DNA from: Clostridia bacterium
Lineage (GTDB): Bacteria; Bacillota; Clostridia; UBA1381
DNA length: 55,480 bases
Direction: 5' to 3'
NCBI GenBank assembly: GCA_045540855.1
Contig: JAZQHZ010000293.1
Location: 1-55,480 of the forward strand
Shown piece by piece: positions 1 to 10,272 of this stretch (the stretch's first letter is position 1; each line of letters begins with the position of its first letter). The notes under the pieces are model-generated. The model had not been told where the DNA came from, ran no database searches, and saw only the letters and a list, made by a program, of their open reading frames with translations. Both the position numbers and the translations under genes were made by a program.

Positions 1-3000
1 TTTGGCACAGGTGCCGATACCTCTGCAAGCTCCCTTGTACCGTAAACCGTTGCCTGAAGAAGCCCTGCAATTCGCTTGCCTATCTCACGCTTGTATCTTG
101 GGTGTGACTCATCAGGATCATTTAACCTTGTTCCCTTATCAAGCGACGGAATGAGGTACAGACCGTCAATATTCTTGCTGAAATCAAACTGAACTGCTCT
201 CATCATAGGAACATTGGCGTTTGGTATGCCTGTGGGACCGTGTGATGATAGCTGTACGGCGTACACATTAATATTGGGCTGATTGCGGACATCTCGTGTA
301 TAATTAATATAGTCAGAAAGAAGCTTTTCATATCGGTCTGTCGTTTCAATGGCCGATGAATCATTTTCACCGTGATACCAGAATAAGGCACAAAGCTTAC
401 TATTTTCAAACGGAGCTGCCAGTGCATTATAGCTCTTTGCTCCCACAAGGTTGTTTTCATCTGCTACCTCAGGCGGAATAAGCTGATTCATTGCGGTCCC
501 GTTATGTGCTATAGAGATAATGCCTATCGGGACATCAAATCCGGACTCCCGCAAACATGCTGCCGCATAATAGCCTATTGAGCTTACATTGCCTAAAGTT
601 TCCGCATTCGCTATTTGCCAATAATTTGTAGGATACGGATCTTCACGCTTCGTATCAGAAAAAGCCATATCCGCATAGCGGCTTGTTGCACTTGAACCTG
701 CACGTTGGTAGAAGAAACGAATATTATCATTCTCTGATGCCTTCGCAAGATACTCGCTATAATCTGATGTATTGGACATTGTTAAAAATGCATTTGACTG
801 TCCGCCTATCAAATATACATCGCCTATAAGTATATTTTTAAATTCCTGTGTACCCGAAAGTGTGGTAACTGTCAGAGTTTTAGCCTCATTATCAGCCTCC
901 ATCGCAGGCAGAACAGCTTCCCACTTTCCACCATTTACAACACCATATGCATTATTACCATTAAAGCTTACCTCTACATATGTACCGTCTTTAGACTCTG
1001 TGGTTCCCCAAACAGTAATAGGCTCATTGCGTTGTATTACCATATCATCACCGATCGCTCCCGCAACCTTTGCATCAGATGCCATCATAGCTCCTTGCTG
1101 CGGTTTGAGCGTTTTCACTCCATCAAGCGGATGTACTGTTGACAAATCATCCCACAAAAAGAGCTTTAGCGTCTTTGCATCTTCAATATTATTGAGTTCT
1201 GCAGTCTTACCAAAAGATACCGATATGAGCCTGTCATTATCATCATATTCAGCTAAAAGTGCAATGCCCTGCTTTTGTTCGCTTACCTTTACCGTGACAG
1301 CATCGGCGTTTTCTATGCCGACTATCTTTTCACCGTTTTTGTAATATTCAAGCTCGTAATAATACTCCGTTCTATTACGAATACTGTATCTTGTATAATA
1401 AATATCCTGCTGTAATGCATACACCTTACAATCAATCAGCAGCTCCGAGTCGCTTGCATCCGTCCCGTCAAATTTCAGTATTTTTATATTTGAATTATCT
1501 ATATGCGAAAGAAAATCGCCTACTGTGATTTCTGTGCATCCTGTAATATCAATAACCTTATTTGTATTATCAATAAGCTTCTCCCCTTCTGTATCAACAG
1601 CTTCAATATTCGGAACATCTAAAGCTTGAGAGAGAGCACCGTCCTGGTACACATTGAAATATACATCATCTATATACAGGTTATCTTCATCCATCGGCAT
1701 AAAACGCAATCCACTGATTGAGTTTCCTGCACCGGCAAGCGCAGTCTCACCAATGCTTATTACCTGACCATTTACATATGCCGTAATATCAGCCGTATTT
1801 GCGTCATCTGAAATTTTCATTTCAAGTGTAAGCCTATACCACTTTTTCTCTTCTATTGCGATTCCCTTGTCAAGCTCAAAAAATATCAGTCGACCGTTTT
1901 GTATGCTTATGCCGTTAAAAATATTCATTGGTCCGAATTTCTTATCTGCCGCTCCGTGACCTATCTTATCGACTGCAAAGTCAAAGGAATATTCCACTGT
2001 GTCATTTGTGTGAATATCGTGTGCGGGTGCAAAGTCAAGGTATCCGCCATTGATTTTCACACTGACATCCTCATCACTCTTACCAAACATACCTGTCACA
2101 TATTCAGGTGTACAATCAACCACTGTGAACTCATTACACATATTTGATAAATTAAAATTCTCCATCAATGGTTCTTCGTATATCCTTTCAGCTTCACTAA
2201 TCACGATATCTATATTGTCAAGATATGCAGTATTTCCTGTTAAAGTCGAAAACCTTACATATCGTACTTTGCTTATATCATATGAAGTCAGCAATACCTC
2301 TGTTGCAGCCTTTTCATTGTTGATATAAAGAGTTGCCTTTACATTTTTTGTTCCCATTATATCATATACAATCTTACAGTTATTCCACTGTCCGCTGTTT
2401 ATCATCCGGTTAATTGTTTTTCCGTAAAACTCAACAGCACCATCCGAAAAATTCAAGCCATAATTCTGCGCTTTATTCTCTGTATCTTTGAAGTTGTTTG
2501 TTTTATTGTCAGACGGCGAGAGCATAAGTGTTGCAAAGAAATCATTAGCTCCGATAATCTCTGACAATGCCACATCAAAGGAAAATTCAACTCTGTTACC
2601 TACTCCTACAACCGGCAGACTTGTGATATCCTGAATTTGGAAGAGAGAGCCCTTGCCTTCAGTTCCAGTCATCTGCAGCACCGCATCATCTTCAGCCTTC
2701 TGGTATATTCCATTCTTATATGACACTATTGCCCCATTGGCATTAACAAAGCTATATGGTTGAGTAAATTTCACCACACCATCATCTTCTTGTGTCTCAT
2801 CGTCATTACCCTGATTCGGAAATGCCGAACACTCACCCGGACGATAGATATCTACCTTGGCGTTATCCAGATACATAGTATTTGTCCCATCTGTACTCGG
2901 ATTAGTAAGCCTCAGCAGGGTGAATAAGTGTCCCACAGTATTGTTTGGCAATACTGCACCGCTTCCCACTTGAGTACCGTCTATCCATATTTTTACATCA

Positions 3001-3536
3001 TTTGTCTTTGTCTTGTCTGACGAGTTATGCTTAATGGCTATACTTAAATTATGCCATTTCTTCGCTTCGAGCTGCGTCACATTGCTTGTTGTAATAGCTA
3101 AATTTGCAACATCAGCATAAAGATTTGTATTGCCGCTTCCGGTATTTCTTGTACAAGCCACCTGCAGAATGGGCACTTTGCCCTCATTTTCAAAGGCAAA
3201 ATCTACAGAACACTGAACTGTGCTGCCGGCACCATAACCCTCGGCAGTATATAAAATACTTTTACTGCCAACCTGTGCAAAGTCAAAATAGCTGTTTGCG
3301 TAAGCACCAACTCCAACACATGCATCAGTTTCAGCTTTACCGAATATACCTGTCGGATATTCAACTTCAGTTATCGGTTTATTATTCTCTACCAATCTGC
3401 AGTTATCATTTGGTAGGTCTGCACTGCTGAAATCCCAGTTAAAAACTGTTACAGGTGCTTCTGCCCAAACAGGTAAAATACCTGTTTGGGTAATCACAAA
3501 AAACAGCACTAACATTATTGAAATGATTTTTTTCAT
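1..3536 (-). CDS. Secreted multidomain protein, C-terminus cut by the window edge (>=1178 aa): signal peptide, LamG/ConA-like beta-sandwich modules, C-terminal SASA (sialate-O-acetylesterase-like, SGNH-type) carbohydrate esterase domain
   Basis: Absent from the ORF track because it has no stop inside the window. ATG at 3536 has a GAGGGA Shine-Dalgarno about 8 nt upstream. The N-terminus MKKIISIMLVLFFVITQTGILPVWAEA is a signal peptide. I re-translated the minus strand at nt 3008, 2000, 830 and 59, and all are in phase with 3536. Esterase motifs: LIGGQSNAF (nt ~790-815), FWYHGENDS, ESHPRYKREIGKRIA. The first ~200 mature residues are paralogous to the N-terminus of 3563..7429. Confidence 0.8.
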   Translation of the reverse strand, partial: MKKIISIMLVLFFVITQTGILPVWAEAPVTVFNWDFSSADLPNDNCRLVENNKPITEVEYPTGIFGKAETDACVGVGAYANSYFDFAQVGSKSILYTAEGYGAGSTVQCSVDFAFENEGKVPILQVACTRNTGSGNTNLYADVANLAITTSNVTQLEAKKWHNLSIAIKHNSSDKTKTNDVKIWIDGTQVGSGAVLPNNTVGHLFTLLRLTNPSTDGTNTMYLDNAKVDIYRPGECSAFPNQGNDDETQEDDGVVKFTQPYSFVNANGAIVSYKNGIYQKAEDDAVLQMTGTEGKGSLFQIQDITSLPVVGVGNRVEFSFDVALSEIIGANDFFATLMLSPSDNKTNNFKDTENKAQNYGLNFSDGAVEFYGKTINRMINSGQWNNCKIVYDIMGTKNVKATLYINNEKAATEVLLTSYDISKVRYVRFSTLTGNTAYLDNIDIVISEAERIYEEPLMENFNLSNMCNEFTVVDCTPEYVTGMFGKSDEDVSVKINGGYLDFAPAHDIHTNDTVEYSFDFAVDKIGHGAADKKFGPMNIFNGISIQNGRLIFFELDKGIAIEEKKWYRLTLEMKISDDANTADITAYVNGQVISIGETALAGAGNSISGLRFMPMDEDNLYIDDVYFNVYQDGALSQALDVPNIEAVDTEGEKLIDNTNKVIDITGCTEITVGDFLSHIDNSNIKILKFDGTDASDSELLIDCKVYALQQDIYYTRYSIRNRTEYYYELEYYKNGEKIVGIENADAVTVKVSEQKQGIALLAEYDDNDRLISVSFGKTAELNNIEDAKTLKLFLWDDLSTVHPLDGVKTLKPQQGAMMASDAKVAGAIGDDMVIQRNEPITVWGTTESKDGTYVEVSFNGNNAYGVVNGGKWEAVLPAMEADNEAKTLTVTTLSGTQEFKNILIGDVYLIGGQSNAFLTMSNTSDYSEYLAKASENDNIRFFYQRAGSSATSRYADMAFSDTKREDPYPTNYWQIANAETLGNVSSIGYYAAACLRESGFDVPIGIISIAHNGTAMNQLIPPEVADENNLVGAKSYNALAAPFENSKLCALFWYHGENDSSAIETTDRYEKLLSDYINYTRDVRNQPNINVYAVQLSSHGPTGIPNANVPMMRAVQFDFSKNIDGLYLIPSLDKGTRLNDPDESHPRYKREIGKRIAGLLQATVYGTRELAEVSAPVP

Positions 3537-3562
3537 AAAATACGTCCCTCTAAAATATAAGT

Positions 3563-6500
3563 TTATTCCACAGGCTCAATCTTTACATCGTCAAACCATA
3601 CTGTTCCCGTACCATCAAGAGCCAGCATATAGTTATCAATAGAAATACTGTTACCAGAAGCATCCTTTGTCTGCTTTGAGACAAATTCAACCTCTAAATA
3701 TGTCCAGTCTGTTGTGCCTGTGACAGCTTGTGATTTGATGCTGTTATCCTTCGGAACTGTGTTATTGTTCTGGTCGACCGCAATAAATGCCTCACCCGAA
3801 ACATTTTCCGTCTTTACCCAGCCCGAGAGCTTATAGGTTTTACCTACCATATCATCAAAGCTATACGGGAAACCCAATACTCCGGCCGTGTACCACGCAC
3901 TTACAGTTTTTGTAGTATTGGTTATCTTAACGCTTGATGTATCGGAATGTCCCACCTCAGAGTCCATAACACAGTCATAATTCGACTTCCACCATGCGTA
4001 TTCCCAATCAGTACCACCAAACTGCCTATCAAAGGTATTGACCTTTCCAAATACCGGTAACTGATAGTTTGGCAAATTCTTGTAATCAATCTCTGTACCC
4101 TTTGCTATGATATCAGCATCATGCTCGGCATCTGTAATAGTGTAATACCACGACTGAGCAGCTGTGAAATATTCATCAGAGCCCTTCTGCGGAACCATAT
4201 GTCTTAAGGTATTATGTATATCATACCACGACCAGCACAACTCCATAAAGGTGTCTGCTGTATCATTTAACAGAACAGCTTCCCAGCCGCCCTCTACAGG
4301 ATCTGCCAAATAGTATTTTCCGCCCGGACTTATATAGAAGTCACAGAAGTATGTGCCCGGTAACATAGTATTAGGGACAGGTAACTTTGGTATTTTTGTT
4401 ATATCTGTCTCGTTATCAGCATATAACACATAATCATACAAATCTCCGTTCACGTCATTATTATACACTCTGTCAAGGATCGACATTCTTCCCACATGGA
4501 AATCAAATATCTCCAGTGCGTTATGCCATGCCCATGTAGATTTTGAATGCCATGTGTCTGTTTTTGCGGTAAGCGAGGCGTTTCTTATATAGTCAAAAGC
4601 CTGCTTATCTTCGTTCCAGAATCCTATAAACTCAACTGTTTGTATAGCGTCAGAAACGGGCTTTGTCCCCTCAAATGCAATCTTGAATACACCCGGATAT
4701 ATCTCATAGCTTACATTTTGGCAATCAAAGCCTGCTATGCCCTTATCCTTATATCCGTAACCCATATCAGTCAGATTATGCGGTGTTCCTAACCAGTGGT
4801 CATTATCGGTAGTTGCACGTATATACGTATGCCTGTTGTCCTTAAATACCGCAAGCTCCTCACCATTAAGAGTTACAGATGAGTTATCAGAATCGCTTGC
4901 TATATCAACGGTTGGATAGTCATCTGTCAAGCCAACAGCGGAACACATAGGAACTATATTATCAATACTGTCAAAAACAAAGAGTTTTGCTGTCTTTCCA
5001 CTTATATCGTCAGGTGCATTAAATTCAGCCGTTACAATATTGTTTCCGTTAGGAATTGATAATGGCTTTGTCTCGACATTCTTTAAAGCCCCATTCTCAT
5101 ATACAGCAACAATTGCATCAACGCTCTTTTCCTCGCCCTCATTCCTATATACAACAGTAGCCCGTAACTTTCCATCACTGCTTGTAAGATACGGATTAAG
5201 CGTTACCTTTGATGCAGCAGGACGAACATATACCGGAATAGTTTTAAGGTTCTTTATACCAAACTTTGCCGTTACCTGAATAAAGTATCCGCCGTCCTGA
5301 GGTGTATATGATACAGCATTATCAGCTTCAGGTATTCTTTCATATTCGCCATACTGTGTATCACATTTTTTCCATACTATATCTGTAAGATCTTCAGCAC
5401 TTGCACCGTCCGCAAAATCACCATATATGTATAGCTCCTCGCCTGCCATATTGATACCGTCAACTCTTAAGAATTTAACGCTCGGCACAGCCTGTTCTTC
5501 TTCATCAAATTGTGATATTCCGAAATTATCAACGTAAATTGTCTGATCCTTACCTGCAATATAGAGCTGCATTTTACTTATGCCGTTTTCAACAAGTGAT
5601 GCAGCATCACGGTCTTTGAAATGCCTTGTTATAACCTTTCCGTCACTGACAATCTCAGCATTATATACGCCCTTGTCAAGGTCAATGACAAATCTCACTC
5701 TTATCCATTCATCTCTTGGAAAATCAGTGGTTCTTATCGGGCTTCTTTCTGTATATGTACCGTATACATTGTTCGATAAATCAGTCTCTGATATATCCTC
5801 AGGTATCAGTTCAAGACGATGTGTTGTGTCTCCGTTTATCGTAAATCTTATAAAGCTTCCAACTTGAGACAGAGCATCGCCCGGGATATAGACATCTGCA
5901 CCTACCTCCCATTTTCCTGTTTTGTAACCACCTAACGTCGTAACATTCCTTATCCATGAATTTGACTGTTCATTCTCATGGGCATATTTTAAAACATTTC
6001 CGTGACCCTCATTTGAAGGATCGTCTGCAATAGTATATGTAGCAGAACCCGCTGTTTCAAGAAATCCTTCCCACTCGGTATCTTCAAAATCATAAGTACC
6101 AAAGCTATCAGCCTTTATTCCGTAATTATCTGCAAATATCATCTGATCTGCTCCCTGTAAATGCATTCGCAAAGTGCTTACACCGCCCTCTATCATTCCT
6201 TCACTCATAGCGGCATTGTTTATTACCTTTGCGTATACCTTTCTGTCCTTCATCAGGTATGCACTAAACCTGTTTGTGTCGAAATTAAACTCATACACTA
6301 ATCTGAACCATGTATCATACGGTGCTACAGCAAGATTACCCTTGATTGTGCCGCTCGTCTGATCATATTTATCTGATACAAATCTAACTCTATAGGTATT
6401 ATCATCATTTACCGTAACCGTAACAATATTGTCAACCGATTCGTTAAACACCGACGGTACATATAAATCAACACCCACCTCATATGTTCCACCGAAGCCC

Positions 6501-7429
6501 GGCGGCAGAATAATCGGTGTGTTTTTTACCCACGATGATGATGTGTTTTCATTATATTGTTTTAACACATTCCCGCCGACATTTACATCAGGATTCGATA
6601 CCACATCTATGGTTGGTTCACCTGCGGTAATGAATTTTGAAAGCGATGCATCACTATCAAATGTTTCACACCCTAAGAGCTGGAGCTCCTCTGAAACAGG
6701 TGCATATGTGATGTCGGGAGCTTCGCCCGATGGATATATCTGTGCAACTATGTTGTCCAGATACATTGTATTTTTTCCGTCCTTGCTCGGATTTGTGATT
6801 CTGAATAAAGTCCACACCAATGTTACAGCCTTAGAATTTGTCACAGTGCCGCTTCCCGCAAGAGTGCCGTCTACCCATATTGTAACATCATTGTCGGTGC
6901 CTGCTGCATTTCCGTTCAACTTAACAGCGATATCCAAATTGTGCCATGTTTTTGCTTCAAGCTCAGGGAGATTGTCCAATGTAATGTTCAAATTTGCAGC
7001 ATCAGCATAATAGTTTGCATCGCCGTTACCATTTGCATTGGGTGAGCCTGCTATCTGCAAAACAGGAAGCTGTCCCTGCTCTTCAAACGCAAAGTCCGCA
7101 GAGCAAAATACAGTTGTACCCTCGCCATAGCCTTCTGTACTATATTCTACGGAGCCCTCCGCTCTGATATCAAGACGGCTCTCCTTTGCATCAGCGGCTA
7201 TCCCAATACACGCATCAGTACTGCTTTTGCCATATATGCCTGTCTCATATTTAAAACCCGTAACCTTTGCACCGTTCTGCACCAACTGGCAGTTTTTGTT
7301 TGGCAGTGTCATATTATTCATAGACCAGCTTATTCGTGTATTAGGCTCGGCCATAACTGCCTGATACGGCACTGTAAGCATACTAAGTGCCACTATCGCT
7401 GACGTAATTTTCTTTAAACCTTTTAACAT
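3563..7429 (-). CDS. Secreted 1288-aa multidomain protein of unknown catalytic type: LamG-like N-module, two tandem ~190-aa beta-sandwich repeats, Ig-like modules, ~300-aa W/Y-rich domain of unknown function, C-terminal CBM4/9/22-like module
   Basis: ORF track. Signal peptide MLKGLKKITSAIVALSMLTVPYQAVMA. The N-module ends MYLDNIVAQIY. Tandem repeats start GGNVLKQYNENTSSSWVKN and GHGNVLKYAHENEQSNSWIRN. The C-terminus (KLSGWVKTENVSGEAFIAV...TGTTDWTYLEVEF...GTVWFDDVKIEP) resembles a CBM4/9-type sandwich. Confidence 0.8.
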   Translation of the reverse strand: MLKGLKKITSAIVALSMLTVPYQAVMAEPNTRISWSMNNMTLPNKNCQLVQNGAKVTGFKYETGIYGKSSTDACIGIAADAKESRLDIRAEGSVEYSTEGYGEGTTVFCSADFAFEEQGQLPVLQIAGSPNANGNGDANYYADAANLNITLDNLPELEAKTWHNLDIAVKLNGNAAGTDNDVTIWVDGTLAGSGTVTNSKAVTLVWTLFRITNPSKDGKNTMYLDNIVAQIYPSGEAPDITYAPVSEELQLLGCETFDSDASLSKFITAGEPTIDVVSNPDVNVGGNVLKQYNENTSSSWVKNTPIILPPGFGGTYEVGVDLYVPSVFNESVDNIVTVTVNDDNTYRVRFVSDKYDQTSGTIKGNLAVAPYDTWFRLVYEFNFDTNRFSAYLMKDRKVYAKVINNAAMSEGMIEGGVSTLRMHLQGADQMIFADNYGIKADSFGTYDFEDTEWEGFLETAGSATYTIADDPSNEGHGNVLKYAHENEQSNSWIRNVTTLGGYKTGKWEVGADVYIPGDALSQVGSFIRFTINGDTTHRLELIPEDISETDLSNNVYGTYTERSPIRTTDFPRDEWIRVRFVIDLDKGVYNAEIVSDGKVITRHFKDRDAASLVENGISKMQLYIAGKDQTIYVDNFGISQFDEEEQAVPSVKFLRVDGINMAGEELYIYGDFADGASAEDLTDIVWKKCDTQYGEYERIPEADNAVSYTPQDGGYFIQVTAKFGIKNLKTIPVYVRPAASKVTLNPYLTSSDGKLRATVVYRNEGEEKSVDAIVAVYENGALKNVETKPLSIPNGNNIVTAEFNAPDDISGKTAKLFVFDSIDNIVPMCSAVGLTDDYPTVDIASDSDNSSVTLNGEELAVFKDNRHTYIRATTDNDHWLGTPHNLTDMGYGYKDKGIAGFDCQNVSYEIYPGVFKIAFEGTKPVSDAIQTVEFIGFWNEDKQAFDYIRNASLTAKTDTWHSKSTWAWHNALEIFDFHVGRMSILDRVYNNDVNGDLYDYVLYADNETDITKIPKLPVPNTMLPGTYFCDFYISPGGKYYLADPVEGGWEAVLLNDTADTFMELCWSWYDIHNTLRHMVPQKGSDEYFTAAQSWYYTITDAEHDADIIAKGTEIDYKNLPNYQLPVFGKVNTFDRQFGGTDWEYAWWKSNYDCVMDSEVGHSDTSSVKITNTTKTVSAWYTAGVLGFPYSFDDMVGKTYKLSGWVKTENVSGEAFIAVDQNNNTVPKDNSIKSQAVTGTTDWTYLEVEFVSKQTKDASGNSISIDNYMLALDGTGTVWFDDVKIEPVE

Positions 7430-7455
7430 TTCTTAACACCCTTTCTTCTTTGTTT

Positions 7456-10272
7456 TTAATGAGTCAATGCCGACAACCAACCGACAATCTCACCGTCGGA
7501 TTGTGCAAGCTGATAGACATTGTCGCAAACATACTGTATTTTTTCGTTTTCAGGATATCGTGCCCGTACCATCGGATATATCGCATGATACTTGGCTTGG
7601 AGATAATCACCTGCATAGTACCCTGACTGTATTGTTTGTAACGCCTCAGTAGAATTTATCCAATAATCCCCGTAGAACTCAAACGGAAGCTTCAAATTCT
7701 CACCATTCTCGCCCACATAGCTGAAATAATCGCAATCATTTTGATAAAGCATTTCCGCTGTCAGGAACAGCAGTCTTGATGCAAGCTCAACATATTGTAA
7801 GCCACGATTGGTATTAACTCTGTATCTGTCATACACTTCACCCTTCTGCGGAACAAACGACGAATCCTGCAAGCTTTTGTCGCTGATACATAAGTCATCA
7901 TCAGGTCCCATTATTATTGCACCTGTGATAAGATCGCTGAATTTACGTTCATTATTTTTATCCTCCAGTACATAGTAGAGAAGATCCAAGTCTTTTGCAA
8001 CTATGCCTGCGGCTGTAATTCCCATTATGAATGAGTCAATATGGTTCTGATAATACTGTTGTCCGAAATAATTATTATCCTGCCACTGTTTTTTTGAAAT
8101 TTTTATTCCTGATGCAAGCCTTTGTGCCAAAAGCTCCACCATATGGCAAGTTTCTTCATCTAAATACGGCTGAAGGAAGCTATATCCGTACAAGCAGCCC
8201 ACACCAATTCTTGACAGATGCAGACCATTTACATAACCAATACTGCCCTGCGTATTTTCTTTAAGCACCGGGAACGGATTTGGTGCATCAACCCATTTAA
8301 GAAGTGCCTGCTTTGCGACCTCGGCATATTTCTCCTCGCCCGTAACACGGTACACAAAAGCACAATCCCTTACCGCCTCTATGGTTGAAAGACCGGTATT
8401 AAAGAAATATCTGACTCCTCCGTACAGATGCAACGCCGGTGCACCGGATTTTACATATCTGTCGGCAGTTGCCTTTGTCTTTTGCCATGCTGTTTTATAC
8501 GGTTCTTCGCCCGATGCTATGCGCTCTCTCACCATATCGAAAAACTCGTCAGAATTTTCAGTGAATAGTTCAACTCCGTGTTTACTGTTTTTGAGTAGCT
8601 TACAGAGAATATCAATTTCAAAGCTTTCAGTATTTGGATTATAGAAATTCTTGCTGTCACTCAATATTGCAAGCCCATTCTCATGAATTTGATATTTTTT
8701 ACCTAAAATTCCTGCAATATCAGCTATGCTTATATATAGTACAGAATCTACGGTTTCGGTATACACATCACTTTCCGCCGTTATATTTTTGTCATAAATC
8801 TCCGAAATGTATGCACAGGGAAGCATAAATTCACCATTTTCTGCAATATATGGTGATACCTCTATGCCATTTACAATTATGGTATCATTTTCGCCAAACA
8901 CTTTCGTGCAAGGAGTACCGTCAGCAAATACCACCGCATTTTGAAGCTTTAATGATTTTTCGCCTATTTCTCTTTCAACAAAGAATTTCGCCGGTTTTGC
9001 CGCCTCCAATAACTCATTGCTCACAGGCTCATGATATGCATAGACCTTGTAGTTGTCAAGCAAAACCTCATCTTTTCCGGTATTCGGAGCAGTTATGTCA
9101 AGATAAAAATTACAGTTTGCCGACAGCAATTCTGCACTGCTCAATTCTGTTATTTCTCCCGACGCTATCACTATACCATCAAGCATAGCATCATAAGTAA
9201 GTTCCGCAGTATCCACGATAATTGACATAGTATGCCAGTTTCCTAAAGATATATCTGCCACTTCACTTTCACCTGCAAGCACTTTTCCGTTTTTCACAGA
9301 TAAAATAGTTTGAGTCTTTTTACCGTTTTTTAATGAAATTGCCGCAGTAGTTGTCGATGAAGATATTAAAATATCGTTTTCCAATACATTTTTGCCGCTT
9401 GCAAGTTCTAAAGTACTGTACAGACTTGCAGAATTTACGTCTGTTTCATCCTGTACTGTTCTTGGCTTGCTTTGCAACTTCAAAACCTGATTATTTTCAC
9501 CGTCAGATACAACCGTTGCTGTAACTGATGTCAAGGCTGCTGATGTCCACGAATATCCAGTATAAATCATCGTGAAATTTGCCGGCAAATCATCGTATGT
9601 TTCAAAAATCCTGAAAACTGATGAAGGCAGCTTTACTATGCTATCCACATTTTCATCAAATACAGCTTTGTCTGATGTTATGTACAAATCACTAAGTACA
9701 ATTTCAGTCGCAGTACTTAAAGTCTTTGCCGAAAATGCATAAATACGCCAATGAGTTATCACGTCAGTTATATTGCACGAAGCATTAAATGTTCCGGCTA
9801 ACTTACCATCAACACCAATGCTTATTGTGTTTTTTTCAATATCAAAAAGGATCAATACCTTATGCGTACCTGTGCCTATATATACTCTCGCATCTCCGAC
9901 ACTAAGCATATGGTCAGATATAGTTATTACCGTTTTTTCTTTTTGTGACATAAACTCAAGCTGTATTGATGCGCCACAATTTTCAAAAAGCGTATCGGTT
10001 ACACTAAAGCCGACAACCGCATAACCACTTTTGCCAACATCTACACTGCAATTACCCTTTGCCAATGCCGCAATATCTCCTCCGTTTATTTTTGATCCGA
10101 GGATTCCATCTTTTAAATATATTTGATTGCTGCCTGTATTCGGATTTATTGCGGTTACGGTCGAATCAAGCAGATATGTTGTATCTGCCGCCAATGACAC
10201 ATTATTTATCATAGGAGATAAACATGCAAATACTAAAAACACAGCAATAATCCTATAAATTTTATTGTTCAT
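7456..10272 (-). CDS. Secreted alginate-lyase-fold (alpha/alpha-toroid) polysaccharide-lyase-like protein with N-terminal LamG-like modules and a copper-amine-oxidase-N-like stalk domain
   Basis: ORF track 938 aa. Signal peptide MNNKIYRIIAVFLVFACLSPMINNVSLA. Toroid motifs: AVRDCAFVYRVTGEEKYAEVAKQALLKW, NNYFGQQYYQNHIDSF, GEVYDRYRVNTNRGLQY. Paralogous to 10401..12779 and 12795..15845. Confidence 0.75.
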   Translation of the reverse strand: MNNKIYRIIAVFLVFACLSPMINNVSLAADTTYLLDSTVTAINPNTGSNQIYLKDGILGSKINGGDIAALAKGNCSVDVGKSGYAVVGFSVTDTLFENCGASIQLEFMSQKEKTVITISDHMLSVGDARVYIGTGTHKVLILFDIEKNTISIGVDGKLAGTFNASCNITDVITHWRIYAFSAKTLSTATEIVLSDLYITSDKAVFDENVDSIVKLPSSVFRIFETYDDLPANFTMIYTGYSWTSAALTSVTATVVSDGENNQVLKLQSKPRTVQDETDVNSASLYSTLELASGKNVLENDILISSSTTTAAISLKNGKKTQTILSVKNGKVLAGESEVADISLGNWHTMSIIVDTAELTYDAMLDGIVIASGEITELSSAELLSANCNFYLDITAPNTGKDEVLLDNYKVYAYHEPVSNELLEAAKPAKFFVEREIGEKSLKLQNAVVFADGTPCTKVFGENDTIIVNGIEVSPYIAENGEFMLPCAYISEIYDKNITAESDVYTETVDSVLYISIADIAGILGKKYQIHENGLAILSDSKNFYNPNTESFEIDILCKLLKNSKHGVELFTENSDEFFDMVRERIASGEEPYKTAWQKTKATADRYVKSGAPALHLYGGVRYFFNTGLSTIEAVRDCAFVYRVTGEEKYAEVAKQALLKWVDAPNPFPVLKENTQGSIGYVNGLHLSRIGVGCLYGYSFLQPYLDEETCHMVELLAQRLASGIKISKKQWQDNNYFGQQYYQNHIDSFIMGITAAGIVAKDLDLLYYVLEDKNNERKFSDLITGAIIMGPDDDLCISDKSLQDSSFVPQKGEVYDRYRVNTNRGLQYVELASRLLFLTAEMLYQNDCDYFSYVGENGENLKLPFEFYGDYWINSTEALQTIQSGYYAGDYLQAKYHAIYPMVRARYPENEKIQYVCDNVYQLAQSDGEIVGWLSALTH

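Noticed and set aside
203-460. Minus-strand 85-aa ORF and similar same-strand out-of-frame ORFs (12914..13177, 14105..14314, 18494..18682, 42243..42449, 44632..44841, 46454..46675, 52346..52528, 53147..53329, 53927..54163)
   Set aside because: They are embedded out of frame within much longer ORFs that carry recognisable domains. 203..460 overlaps the esterase domain, whose frame I verified.
772-1344. Plus-strand ORFs of 60-190 aa throughout the window (e.g. 772..1344, 6429..7010, 10641..11090, 11962..12381, 42681..43127, 45441..45767, 51985..52317)
   Set aside because: All lie antisense inside long, motif-rich minus-strand genes. They have low-complexity or Ser/Leu/Phe-rich translations, no RBS and often TTG/GTG starts. 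These are typical shadow ORFs.
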